Shown: positions 1 through 13,119, counted from the first letter of the stretch. The stretch is 64,000 bases of DNA from Octopus vulgaris (GCA_951406725.2 OX597814.1:224626001-224690000); one strand, 5' to 3'. Numbers and translations are program-made. Notes: a model not told the origin generated them from the letters alone.

Positions 1-59
1 AAGATATATGTGTTCGTAGAAAAATCGCAAATTACTCCATGGGCGTTTAAGGGTACAAC

Positions 60-345
60 CTTTCCGTTCAGAACAGATTTGAACATCTTAATGAAACGTT
101 TTTTCTTTTATCTTTCTTCCAACCTCACTTGTATCATGTAGTTTGTGGAAAGGAAAAATTAGTACACAACGAGCAAAAAGAGATACCTACAGAGCAACTT
201 AGGGCAACGCGAGAAAGACGAACCCATCAACGGAACAGAACACCATTTCTAGTAACACACAATCCGCATCACTAAAACATTTTTACATCATCAAAGCATA
301 TTTGCCAATCATGATACAAAGTGAAAATTAAAAAACATAAAAACT
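60..345 (+). mobile_element. Penelope-like retroelement remnant, interrupted by a SINE
   Basis: Degenerate translation ...TPFLVTHNP... resembles the PFVxTYNP motif downstream of the Penelope RT; a pLTR-like segment resumes after the SINE at ~740. Confidence 0.4.
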
Positions 346-351
346 AATGAA

Positions 352-737
352 CGCAGGCGTTTACCAACCACATAGTTCCGGGTTCAGTCCCACTGCGTGG
401 CGCCTTGGGCAAGTGTCTTCTACTATAGCCTCGGGCTGACCAAAGCCTTGTGAGTGGATTTGGTAGAACGGAAACTGAAAGAAGCCCGTCGTATATATGT
501 ATATATATGCGTGTGTGTGTTTGTGTGTCTGTGTTTGTCCCCCTAGCATTGCTTGACAACCGATGCTGGTGTGTTTATTTCCCCGTTACTTAGCGGTTCG
601 GCAAAAGAGACCGATAGAATAAGTGCTGGGCTTACAAAAAAGAATAAGTTCCGGGGTCGAGTTGCTCGATTAAAGGCGGTGCTCCAGCATGGCCGCAGTC
701 AAATGACTGAAACAAGTAAAAGAGTAAAAGAGAGAGT
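352..737 (+). mobile_element. tRNA-derived SINE family A, 5'-truncated
   Basis: B-box-like GGTTCAGTCCC, CORE-like CCTTGGGCAAGTG, internal (TA)/(TG) tract and AAGTAAAAGAG tail; about ten homologous copies in the window. Confidence 0.9.
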
Positions 738-739
738 AA

Positions 740-1000
740 ACTACAGAAGAGTCTCACCGATTGAAATAAAAGAGATCGAAACCGACTAAGTTTGCTCCCT
801 CATAAAAACCGAAACTATTTAGTTAAAATAAAGGCCAGATCGCTGGCCACTACACATTCTTTATTTTCTCTCTGTGTCCCTTTCTGTGGAAGAGCGAAGG
901 CTCGAAACGTCAAAAACTTTTTCACTTCCCGAGCGTTAAACTAATACATCTGTTTGTTGTCTACACCACCTGTCTTCGTCTTTTGCTTTTTGTGAATTCT

Positions 1001-1003
<3 letters not shown>
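740..1003 (+). mobile_element. Penelope-like 3' end (pLTR) containing a hammerhead-like motif
   Basis: CTGTGGA-A-GAGC-gaag-GCTC-GAAACGTC at 884-911, followed by a (TA)n tract. Confidence 0.5.
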
Positions 1004-1069
<66 letters not shown>

Positions 1070-1427
1070 AACACACACTCACACAAGCATTCGTGTGTGA
1101 GCGCGCGAGCGCATAATGCACATACAAACACACGCACGCACGCACGCACACACATACATGTACGTACAGGCATAGACGCGGATTTCCATCCGGGTTCAGT
1201 AATTGTAGTCATGAATAAGTCACGTACACTATTTTGTGCTCATTTTAAATGTATTAGTTATTTGTAATTCTAGTATTTATAATTAGGTGGGAAGAAAACC
1301 TGTCTCGCTCTGGTTACTACGGCCGTTGCCATCACGTTTTGTTTTTGTTTATTTTATCCTGTTTTGTTTTAATAGGTTTGTCTAACATGCTATTTCTTGT
1401 CATAAATGAGCTGAGGAGCAACGATAA

Positions 1428-1450
1428 TATCTATCTATCTACCTATCTAC

Positions 1451-1530
<80 letters not shown>

Positions 1531-1539
1531 GTCTCTCTC

Positions 1540-1626
<87 letters not shown>

Positions 1627-1637
1627 CTCTATCTCTC

Positions 1638-1705
<68 letters not shown>

Positions 1706-1743
1706 GCTAGCTAGCTAGCTATCTATCTATCTATCTATCTATC

Positions 1744-1812
<69 letters not shown>

Positions 1813-1823
1813 CTACCTATCTA
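1428..1823. repeat. (TCTA)n microsatellite
   Basis: Directly visible; explains the IYLS ORFs. Confidence 0.98.
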
Positions 1824-2036
1824 CGAGAGGGTGCAGATAAGTTCCTGACTTTAAGGGTATCGGGAAAGGCCTGGCTGGGGGCCTAACTTTCCGGGTTTTT
1901 TTACAGGGCTTAGAAAACTTGAAGGGCCGTTGCAATAAGTGTGTGAACCTAAGAAAGGAATATATTGAATAAAATCAAAAGTGAGCCTCCTGTATTTTCT
2001 TTTACCCAAAGCCAGGAACTATTCAACATCCCCTCG
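1824..2036 (+). mobile_element. mariner-derived MITE
   Basis: TA-flanked imperfect TIRs CGAGAGGGTGCAGATAAGTTCCTGACTTT ... AAAGCCAGGAACTATTCAACATCCCCTCG; keeps a transposase C-terminal remnant GLRKLEGRCNKCVNLRKEYIE*. Confidence 0.85.
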
Positions 2037-3058
2037 TATCCATCCATCCATTCATATGCGTGTGTGTGTGTCCTGTGTATATCTCTAAACTGCACCCAGT
2101 AATGGGGTCTGCTTCAGCAGTTCCGGGGTTTTGAGGGGGAATACAACCACCTCTTAGACACTTATTCCTAGGTATATTTTGACCTGGATCAGTAACACCT
2201 GCTAGGGTTTCAATTCTGAGTTAATTAGCATGTTATGGAATTGTTTCGAGAAGAAGGTCACGCGCAGACATCCCAACGGATTCAGAATAGATGAGGCCCT
2301 TCAGCTCTTTAGCTATTCATTTAAGAGAAGGTAACTCCGTTCAAACCCTGAACCCTCATAACTGCTGGACTCTCGACACTTGTTGAACCTGACCAGTACA
2401 AGTTTGAAAGACAGGTGAGTAGGACTGGCTATGCACAAACGAAGCTCGTTATAGTAATATCCATCGTGCAGGTTGTTAGGCCAACCAAGACACCTGCACA
2501 AATACCTTCATACTTCGACGATTAGTTCAGTGGCCTTGGAGTAAAGTCGAAGGAGAAAGGCAGAGGATGCTACTGAAAGTCTTCAGCAACTTTAATCCAG
2601 CCCACACGTGGCCATTGGGTGATGGACGTTTTCCTGAGACCTAGAGCAGATATGGATTTTCATAATCCCCTAAGATGACAGAGCGAAATTCTTTGCACTG
2701 CTCTCCCCAATCAGGGGACAATGTACTGAAGAGAAGCCTTAAACAAGGCTGGTTCCACATGAACTTGCCGGATCACAATCGTACACATATTATATTCTTG
2801 TTCTTCAACCACCTGAATATCTGAGTGAGGGAATGTTTTAACAAGTTTAGTGTTGTTAGTATCTAGTGAGAGTATAGTGGTACTAAAGTTAAGAAGTAGC
2901 TAATTTTTTTGTCTCATTTGCTTATTCCACTACTGCAAAATAGGTTGGTGATGTCTCCAGCAATTCCGACTCCAATTACCTATTAAAAATTATGCACGTG
3001 TGTTTGTGTGTTTACACATACACAAGCGCATATATATATATATATATATACATACATA

Positions 3059-3100
<42 letters not shown>

Positions 3101-3222
3101 CGTAGATATAGACAAATATTCATTCATTCATTCATACCTACCTACCTACCTACCTACCTGCCTACCTACCAACATACTTACATACATGCATATAAATATA
3201 TAAACGGATGACTGGATGGTTG

Positions 3223-3325
<103 letters not shown>

Positions 3326-3881
3326 CTGAGTTGTATATGTATATTTTTATGTATGAACAAATGTGTATGTATGTATGTATGTATGTATGTATGTTCATTC
3401 ACCGGATGTTTTTCTAAGACACTCTCATTTAGTAGAATGGTGAGACATTTAACAAGTCAGCAAAGTTCAATCTTAGGTGATAACAACAGGAAATAGCTTG
3501 AGTATATTTTGCTGTTACAGTTATTCAGTCACTAGAATCTGGTTATTAGTCACATACTTTGGCATCACGATGTCGTCCTTTTATACAAATTGTTGCAAAT
3601 TTTTCTCCCTTGATATTGCATGATATTTTATTCTAGCAATTTTCTAATAGATTCACTCATCCAACGATTCTATTAACTTCGAAACAGCTATATTCAAACG
3701 AACGGAAAACCAACAAAATATTTTGCTAATCTTATAATACTCCAGATGTTGCTGTATAAGCACTCTACTTTAGTTTATCATGAAACTGTATTGTGTTAGG
3801 TGTAGTCGTAGCATTCCCGAATGATTAAGCAGCTCACGTTGAATGTAGGAGCAACATTGCTCAAGGGTTATAAGAATACAT

Positions 3882-4108
3882 CTTTTATCTTATACTTGTT
3901 TCAGTAATTTGACTGCGGCCCTGCTGCGGCACCGCCTTGAATGGTTTTAGTTGAACAAATCGTCCCCAAGGTTTTTTTTTTTTTGTTTTTCAAGCCGAGT
4001 ACTTATTCTATCGGGCTCTTTTGCCGAGTCACTAAGTTACAGGGATGTAAGCACACCAACAATGGTTGTTAAGAGGTGGTGGGGATAAACACAAAGATGC
4101 ACACACAG

Positions 4109-4196
<88 letters not shown>

Positions 4197-4228
4197 ATAC
4201 TCGCATACATAGATACATAAAACACACA

Positions 4229-4277
<49 letters not shown>

Positions 4278-4433
4278 GACTGGCTTCTTTCATTCTTTCA
4301 GCTTCTGAAAAATCCACTCACAAGGTTTTGGTCGTCCTGAAGCTACGGTAGGAAACATTTGCCCAAGGTGCCACACAGTGGGATTGAACCCGGAACCAAA
4401 CAAGCTTCTTATCGCACAGTCACACCTGCGCCT
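3882..4433 (-). mobile_element. SINE family A, near full length with expanded (TA)n
   Basis: Reverse complement matches the copies at 352-737 and 63809-64000. Confidence 0.9.
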
Positions 4434-4439
4434 ATGCTA

Positions 4440-4770
4440 TAAGTTGACATGTTATAAGTTGACGCAGTATTGCAGAATGTTCAAGAAGTGCGTGTTAGAT
4501 GTAGTTGCAACATTGCAGCATGCTTAAGAAATACATGTTAGATATAAGTGCAGTGTTGTAAAATGTTTAAGAAGTACGAATAGATGTAGGTCTTGTATTG
4601 CAGAATGATTAAGAAGAACTTGTAAGATATAAGTGTCGTAATGTAAAATGCTTCAATTAAAAGTACATGATAGATCTAGATGTAGATAGCTTTAGGTGCA
4701 GTTTTGCAGAATGCAGTATTGCAGAACATGGTAGATCTAGGTGTAATATTGTAGAATGGTTAAAAAGTTC
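4440..4770 (+). repeat. diverged ~40-bp minisatellite
   Basis: About 8 units resembling TGTTAGATGTAGGTGCAGTATTGCAGAATGTTTAAGAAGTACA; two more units lie at 3793-3880. Confidence 0.75.
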
Positions 4771-5152
4771 GCATCGATATCACTGCATCCTGGGTCCGGT
4801 CGAACTGCATAGCATCTTTGGCAAGTTAGTTTCCTGCAGTTTCGGATTGACCATGTACCTTGTGAAGAAAATTGGGTAGATATGTAATGTTCCCGAGACC
4901 CGTCAGATGGATTGTGCCTGTGATTCAAAAGCCTAGCCTTGTCCATATTGCATCATACTGAATCTATGGAATACTCAGCCACTTACACGCTATGGAATAC
5001 TCAACCACTTGCACGCTAATTCCTTGAGCCTGATAGTTCAATTGGCCCCAAAAATTAAAACTTTGAGATCGGAAATTGAAACCGAGTTCCATAGTATTAT
5101 TATCTTGTTATATATTATCAAACTGTATTTCACATTATTATTAGACATTATT

Positions 5153-6045
5153 GGTATTTCGTCTGCCGCTACGTTCTGAGTTCAAATTCTACCGAGGTCG
5201 ACTTTGCCTTTCATCTTTTCGGAGTCGATAAATTAAATTCCAGTTGAGTACTGGGATCGATGCAATAGACTTAATCCGTTTGTCTGTCCTTGTTTGTCCT
5301 CTCAGTGTTTAGCCCCTTGTGGGTAGTAAAGAAATAGGTATTTCGTCCATCTTTACGTTCTGAGTTCAAACTTCCCCAAGGTCGACTTTGCCTTTCATCC
5401 TTTCAGAGTCGATAAATTAAGTTCCAGTTGAGTACTGGGATCGATGTAATTGCTTATCCTCCTCTCTAATATATCAAGCCTTGTGCCTATAGTAAAAAGG
5501 ATTATTATAAGACATTTTACAAGGCGATAAGCTGGCTGATTCGTTAGCGCGCCAGACAAATTGCATAGTGGCATTTTGTCCGTCTTTACGGTCGATGAAA
5601 TAAGTATCAGTCAAGTAGCGGTGTCGAGGTAATCACCGAACACCCTTCCCCGAAATTTCAGGCCAATATTATTAAACATTATTCTAGGCAGCGTTTCAAA
5701 TTCCTCCGAGGTCGACTTTGCCTTTCATCCTTTCGGGGTCGATAAATTAAGTACCAGTTGCGTACTGGGGTCCATCTAATCGACTGGCCCCCTCCATCAA
5801 AATTTCGGGCCTTGTGCCTAGAGTAGAAAAGATTATTCTAGGCAGCGTCCTTCACTGATTCGTTAACACACTGGAGACAATGCTTAATGGCGTTTCTTCC
5901 GTGTTTACGTCCAAGTTCCACCGAGTTTGACTTTGGTTTTTATCCTTTCGCGGTCAATAAAAGTACCAGTAAAATACTTGGGTCGACGTACTTGACTTTC
6001 CCAGCCCCTCAAAAACTACTGGCTACGTACCAAAATTTGGAACCA
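5153..6045 (+). mobile_element. cluster of about five SINE family B copies
   Basis: Repeated core GAGTTCAAATTCC..GAGGTCGACTTTGCCTTTCATCCTTTCGGGGTCGATAAATTAAGTACCAG. Confidence 0.9.
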
Positions 6046-6322
6046 TTATTAGACATTATAAGTACTAAATGCAAACAGCAAGACTAGAAGACTGAATGAC
6101 GGAACTCAGACTACTGCTTGCTGGTTGACCACAATACCAATTTTACTACGTGGCATCTGCCATTTCAAATCCTCAAATAAGCTAACACAGTAGGAACAAT
6201 TTAGGAATCTTAATTTGAAAAAATTGCGTGGTAAGCACTGTCTACGATGTTTGGTAACACTATCGCCTGGTCAGTGATAGAAAGCGGAATTTATAACCTA
6301 CCTGAGTCAGTTCCTCTTGGCT

Positions 6323-6715
6323 ATTCTTTACTACCGACAAGGGGCTAAACATAGAGGGGACAAACAAGGATAGACAAACGGATTAATTCGATTATATCGA
6401 CCCCAGTGCGTACCTGGTACTTATTTAATCGACCCCGAAAGTATGAAAGGCGGAATTTGAACTCAGAACGTAGCGGCAGACGAAATACCTATTTCTTTAC
6501 TAACCACAAGGGGCTAAACACAGAGAGAACAAACAAGCAAGGACAGATAAACGGATTAAGTCGATTACATCGACCCCAGTGCGTAACTGGTATTTATTTA
6601 ATCGACCCCGAATGGATGAAAGCAAAGTCGACCTCGGCGGAATTTGAACTCTGAACGTAACGGCAGATGAAATACGGCTACGCATTTCGCCCGGTGTGCT
6701 AGCGTTTCTGCCAGG
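6323..6715 (-). mobile_element. SINE family B tandem dimer
   Basis: Two reverse-complement cores joined at AAAGAAATA/GGTATTTCGTC. Confidence 0.9.
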
Positions 6716-7052
6716 CATATAAGACGACGAACTGGCAGAATCGTTACCACGTCGAAGTATCTACTTAACTGCTTTTCTTCCGGCTCTTATCATTCTGAGT
6801 TCAAATTCCACCGAAGTCGACTTTACCTTTTATCCTTTCGGGAGTCGAGGAAGTGAGAAAGAGTGATCCACCTCTAAAGCCCAGGACTTGTAATCCGTCT
6901 CACTGAGAGTACCTTTCCTGCCAACTAGTTCAATAACTAATCTGCAATAAAAGTCCTCATCCACAGTTTGTCTTTTACGAACTCACGGGCAAAGCCCTAG
7001 AAGTACTAATAAAGAGGCTCTTTCGATGGATCATTGTTGATGTTGTTGTTAT

Positions 7053-7084
<32 letters not shown>

Positions 7085-8465
7085 CTACTGCTTCAACATC
7101 TCTAAATATTTGTGGGGAGGGGCTTTAGTATTTTACACGCTGGAGACTTTGAGCTCAACACTGCACAGTAAACACGCATCAATTATACGAGATGTCAGGT
7201 TTCTTACAACAATGAGCTGCTTCGCTGTACATAGAATATATTTTAACGAGAAGGAAGAGGCAGCGTTAGGAAATTAAACAATGAAACAATGTAATAAACG
7301 TGCAGTGGTGTTAAACTCCAGCGTTCCAACCGAGGCCATTCCATCATTTATTTATGTTACTTATTTATTATTTTTATAAAATATAATAACTGGGAATATA
7401 TTATCCAACGTATCTTAGACTTTAAAGATAGAATGATATTATTTTAAAGAGAATTAGTTGTTATTTTAGCAGGCCGATCGGCCGTATAGAGACCCTCTCC
7501 TTAACTTAGTAGGGTGCAATTTTGTTCGAAATAATCTATATTATGATGTAACGAAGTACATTTAAATACGATCAATGTGTATGATATGGTGTTGTGCATA
7601 GAGTCGTTTCGTCATTCCCGAGCTAAAGGTAGTCACGTGACAAAATGCAAGATGAAATTAATTTTTAGTCACATGTTTATACATTCGCAGTCAACTTTCT
7701 TTTGCATCCTTACAGAATTGATGAAATAAGGTTTGATTTCCATTTCGTGAGTCCTACTTCTATAAATCTGCGCTCTTGGATCAATGTAAAAATGTAAAAA
7801 TTCAAAAAAGATCGTTATAGGTGGGTGTTTGATGACAGGATCAGTAAAATACCGAACAAAATGCCTTACAGTATTTATTTATGAACCTTTAATTTCCATT
7901 TCAAACCCCACCAGGGCCGACTTCATCTTTTATCCTTCTGAGGTCAATAATGTAAGTATCACTCAAATCTACGTTGCCTTGTGCCTATGTGAGAAATCAA
8001 GATCACTATTCTCATACAATAACGTAGTCCAATTTTAATTCATTTGTATAGGAGACTTATGCGTAGGTCTTTATCAGTTTCATAACCTGAAATATTCCTT
8101 TATTTAATTTACCATTTTCTATTTGCATGGCGATACAATGTTTATCTACTTATGTTAAACACTGTTTTTTTTTTTTTATTTTGTTTTATGTTGAAACACA
8201 CAATATTGCGATTGATGCTAACCTAAAATATTATCTAATAAATTAAACCGTAATAACAATAACTAACAGATAATGAATTGGATTTTGAAGTTGTCTCTGG
8301 GGAAAACATTGAATTCCAACCATTGCAGCTAACAGACTCCATGTATAATTAGAAAATCGCTTTTTCGAGGCATTTTATGTTTGTTTTCTTTATATATAAT
8401 AGTTACACACACACACATAGACAGACAGACAGACAGACTGACAGATAGATAGATAGACTGACAGG

Positions 8466-8573
8466 CAAAAACACCGTTGATGATTTTGAAATTCCAATGA
8501 AGGAGTATTGGATCTAGGTTAAAAACCGGCTCTTTCTCTATTGATAACAAATTTTGAAATAACACTGAACTAT
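8466..8573 (+). mobile_element. 3' module of the R4/Dong-like retroelement (second copy)
   Basis: Homologous to 23675-23782 and flanked by microsatellites. Confidence 0.75.
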
Positions 8574-8767
8574 GACATACATACATACATGCATGCATCC
8601 ATCCATCCAAACCAAACCCTCCCCACACACACACACACATACATACATACATACATACATACATACATGGGCAACCATCTTGAAATTAAACACATTGAGA
8701 TAACAGAAAAATATGTAAATGAAAATAAAGTTTATTCGACATGTGTAATTGATTTGATTGTTTTGGA

Positions 8768-8968
8768 AGGCGGCGAGTTGGCAGAATTGTCAGCAAGCCG
8801 GGCAAATTGCTTGAGCGGTATTTCGCTTGTTCAAATGCCACCGGGGTCAACTTTACCTTTCATCCTTTAGCGATCGATAACTTAAGTACCAGTGAGACAT
8901 TGGGTTCGATGTAATCGACTGGTCCCCTCCCCCGAAATTTCAGGCCTTGTGCCTATAGTAGAAAGGAT
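8768..8968 (+). mobile_element. SINE family B
   Basis: GGCGGCGAGTTGGCAGAAT head, conserved core, tail type 2. Confidence 0.85.
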
Positions 8969-8980
8969 TTGATTGCTCTA

Positions 8981-9215
8981 GTCTTAACATCATGTCGTAA
9001 GAATAGAAGTCATTTGACGACACTTTTTTGTTTGTAATTGGCTCTCCTGTTGCAGGTTTCAATCTGTGGAATATTGAAATGATACCCATCTTGTCCATTC
9101 TAAAGAATAAGATTATACTGGAGAATATCACAAGAGGGACGAGTCTGTGAAACACGTTTAAGGTTGTTATCTTCAACACGAATAAGAATATCATGATTTT
9201 CATTGGAATCACCAA
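8981..9215 (-). pseudogene. Helitron RepHel fragment
   Basis: Frameshifted translation HDILIRVEDNNLKRVSQTRPSCDILQYNLIL*NGQDGYHFNIPQ...KKVSSNDFYSYDMM matches the Helitron LQYPLxFxxGEDGYH...KKVSxxxFYxY region. Confidence 0.8.
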
Positions 9216-10199
9216 CCATAAGGATGGCTACTTCATTAGATGTGGCCCATTAAAACAACATAAAATGTCCTTTTCTATAGTTTACTATAGACATAACGAA
9301 CTCAGAAACACACACACACACACACATAGAATTGATAATATTGAAAGCAGCAAAACGTACACACAAGACGTTCAACAGAAACGAAATGTAGTCAATATAG
9401 GTGCAAAGCATAGTTATGCTATAGAAAAATGCAAAGTCACCAAATTAGCAAACGTTAGTGTGCGTCACCAATGTAAGAAAGTACGGAAAGTTAACATTTA
9501 TTTGGAACTAAATGTACTAAATGTTATTAACATTCACGATTGAATGAATGTCACGGTGAAGAAAGTGAGAATCCAAGAAAATTAAGAAGGCATAATTCAG
9601 TTTTACATACAAAAATAATTTATTTTATAATTTTGAAACGAATGCTGAACAAAGTGAATAAAAAAAGGAAGATGCTGTTTTCGAACTGTGTAACATTATC
9701 GGCTGTAGAATAAATACTGAGTAACGCAGTAAAAAGGTTGTGTGACGTTGATACTCAGAGTGATGAAGAATACAGGGACTGTTAAAAAAACATTATCTTG
9801 AAACTGGTTAGGAGTGAAATAACATTTCTGTAATTATATTGAAAGAGACGATGAGGCTTCCTACTTCGCCAAGTTTCCGAATTTGTTATAATAACCAGAA
9901 TAATATTTTTTTTCGGATACATTTGCGAGTATTGTGTGTGGTGTTCAATCAGGCAAATCTTCATGTTGGTAGTACTTGAAAGTGAACGTTGTTGTTTGTT
10001 TGAAGACAAAGCAGCAAGTAAAGTTTCACTATCCGTGCATTTCACTGTTGAGGGGAGGGGAAGTTACTTACATAAACTAAGAGACACACACACGTATATT
10101 AATGCACACGTGAAGTCTATCTCTGTCCCTGCGTGTGTGCGTGTGTGTCTGTCTTTAGATGTGTGTGTGTCTGTGTCAGTTGTCACAAAAATGTATGTA

Positions 10200-10430
10200 T
10201 ACCTATTTCTTTGCTACCCACAAGGGGCTAAACAGAGAGGACAAACAAGGACAGACAAACGGATTAAGTCGATTATATCGACCCCAGTGCGTAACTGGTA
10301 CTTATTTAATCGACCCCGAAAGGATGAAAGGCAAAGTCGACCTTGGCGGAATTTGAACTCAGAACGTAGCGGCAGATGAAATACCGCGAAGCATTTCGCC
10401 CGGCGTGCTAACGATTCTGCCGGCTCGCCG
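10200..10430 (-). mobile_element. SINE family B, full length
   Basis: Head, core and tail 1; flanked by a TGTATGTATAC duplication. Confidence 0.92.
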
Positions 10431-10767
10431 TCTGTATGTATACTGACAGACACATACACCGTCACACACATACTTGTCAATCATCGGCCTAACGTAAGTA
10501 ACGAACGTGCGAAAATACGCATGTAGAAAATGTGCCATCATCGCCATTGTAGTGGCGATATAAAATGTTGATAGGCAACTAAAAGAAAAATTATAATGTT
10601 AAATTTTTGTAATGCAAATATGTGAATGAAAATATAGTTTAGTTGGTAGCCATAAGCTTACCGAATCTTTTGATACCGCTTACGTGAAAATCGGCAACTC
10701 GGTTTTGGAATGCATAAGGAACATACTCGCACACCGACACACACACATACAAACTCTCTTTTATAGT

Positions 10768-10768
10768 T

Positions 10769-10799
<31 letters not shown>

Positions 10800-10924
10800 C
10801 ATACATACATACATACATACATACATACATACATACATACTTACATACATACATACATACATACATACTTACATACATACATACATACATACATACTTAC
10901 ATACATACATACATACATACATAC

Positions 10925-10965
<41 letters not shown>

Positions 10966-11006
10966 CATATATGTGTGTGTGTATGTATGTATGTATGTAT
11001 GTATGT

Positions 11007-11100
<94 letters not shown>

Positions 11101-11128
11101 GAAAGAAAGAAAGAAAGAAAGAAAGAAA
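10768..11128. repeat. compound microsatellite (GATA)(TACA)(TA)(GAAA)
   Basis: Directly visible. Confidence 0.97.
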
Positions 11129-11599
11129 TATTGCATATATGGTATGACGTCAAGAGAGCAAAATTCCACTTATTTTGCTTATTTGGTAGATAAACTAGAT
11201 ATAAATTATCATATTAAAGACATCATTATCGTGCTAAACATTGTTTTGCTTTAGATATGAATGAGATGAAATGACTACATGTGGAATTCTTGCACTGTCC
11301 TTGACGTTACTGATTATCTTTAATGTTTGTGATTCTTTAGTAATTAATTTCACCACTGAGCTAATTTGGAAGCAAATTTCTTACTGTGACGTTTCACCCA
11401 ATTGTGCCGAGGAGTGGCACAGTACTATAGTAAATACCTTTTGATGTTTAGCTTCGCACATTTAATTTCTGTGCTAAAATTGTACCTGGATTAACTTTAC
11501 ATTTGTTTATTCAGGGTCAGTAAGATATTCCATTTATCCATCCATCTCCATTCGCTATCTTTGCAGTGACTTGCAGTAAAAATCGTCATTTATCTCTAC

Positions 11600-11890
11600 T
11601 ATAGGGTCCTATCAAAAGCAACCACCATTACAATTTCCGGCTAGATTCCCAGGTGTGACCAACCGAGATATGGATATTATCCTACCATTTCGCTTTTGGT
11701 CTACCTCTAGGTCTCTCTGCCGGTTGGCTCTGTTTGAAGAATCCGCCTAGCGATCATTTCTTGCTACATTCTAATCCCATGTCCGTTGTACTGGAGCTGT
11801 GATTTCTCAATACGGAGAAGCAGCGGCTTGACCTTAAGAGACTCCCTGATCACCGAGCCACTTACCATGTCGAGTAATGTTACTCCAGCG
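11600..11890 (-). pseudogene. RTE-clade LINE C-terminal fragment
   Basis: Translation ...QLQYNGHGIRM...ARRILQTEPTG..RPRGRPKAKW resembles the RTE WxGHVxRM...RPRGRPxxxW motifs. Confidence 0.7.
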
Positions 11891-11908
11891 TGAAATAACC
11901 TAAACACA

Positions 11909-12305
11909 GGTGTTCTTTAAGAACAGATAATACTGCTATTTTAACCCCAGGAGGACGCCTCCTTCAGCTGGTTATTCAGTGCGCTCTGCACTCGATATAT
12001 ATTGCAAGTGGAGAGAGAAATCCCTACTATTATTTCAGCAAAATCAGTGACTATGTACCACTTATTTTGTATATATTGCAAGCTGGGCTGAACTACTGCC
12101 ATGTCTAGCAGATGAGTATCCATCACCGAGGATGAAAATAATAAGGTCCGAAACCGCACGGTTGGTGATCTCGAAACTGGAATAATAGTTGGGAGTTGTC
12201 TCTCCACTCGCAATATATATCGAGTGCGGAGAGCACTGAATAACCAGTTGGAGGAGGCATCCGCCCTGGGTTAAATTGCAATATCGTCTGTTCTTAAATA
12301 ACACA
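11909..12305. mobile_element. foldback MITE with ~130-bp inverted arms
   Basis: 11915-12045 is the reverse complement of 12175-12298. Confidence 0.8.
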
Positions 12306-13119
12306 ATGAAGATTACTTCTCTGTATAAACACTACTTTCGCCTCTTATAGAAATCTTCTTAATGAGTTAGGTTGCTTGTCAAAATAGTTAACCTTAACAA
12401 CATACTGAAAACGAATAAGTTGATTAATTCTCACTTCACGCTCACAATGTCGAGTTATTTCCCGTTTTAAGTAGTCGCTATAGTTGACTGAAGAGACAAA
12501 GATTGACATCTGAAGGATGAATTGATAAGTCAATCCCAATGGGATTTGAACACTGTTCTGCTTATTATTGAAATTACGCTTGCAAGTTAAAAACAGGTGA
12601 AAGAAAAAGAAAAACAGAACTAGCACTGAAGAAGATGTTAAACAATTAAAGTTAGATAAGTAAAATTCAGTCAAATAATTAATTGTATAGAAAAGACATC
12701 ACTTGGAAATAATACTAGTTTCAAATTTTGGTGCAAGACCAGCAATTTCGAAGGGAAGGGCTAAGTCGACCCCGGCGTAATTTGAATTCGGAATATAATG
12801 ACGGACGAAATGCCGCCAGGCATTTTACACGGTGTGCTACCGATTCTGCCAGTTTCCGTTCCACTTGGAAATGATATTAACATAGCATATGTAGTGGTAC
12901 CCGTCACTTTTCAATACATACTGCAAGCGCAATGATACACTCTTCAAATATGTAGGTTTTCCACTGCTTCGTAAATGTCTGCCTCTTCAGTCCTCATACC
13001 AACTTTCATATCAGCTTATTGAAGGCTGAGACACTCGCATTACAACATTCAGTTGCTAACTCTCTTCCCAACCTATTTGGGAAGAATGACGGTAAAGGTA
13101 ACATTGCCAGCTAGATCTC

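Noticed and set aside
7632-7641. Palindromic E-box GTCACGTGAC
   Set aside because: It is an isolated 10-mer with no other promoter evidence.
9782-10045. Possible Gypsy gag remnant (YYNKFGNLAK on the minus strand)
   Set aside because: The similarity is too short and degenerate to support.
12108-12142. CAGATGA..ATCC/GGAT..GAAA hammerhead-like motif
   Set aside because: The core is altered, stem II is out of register, and there is no stem III or cleavage site.
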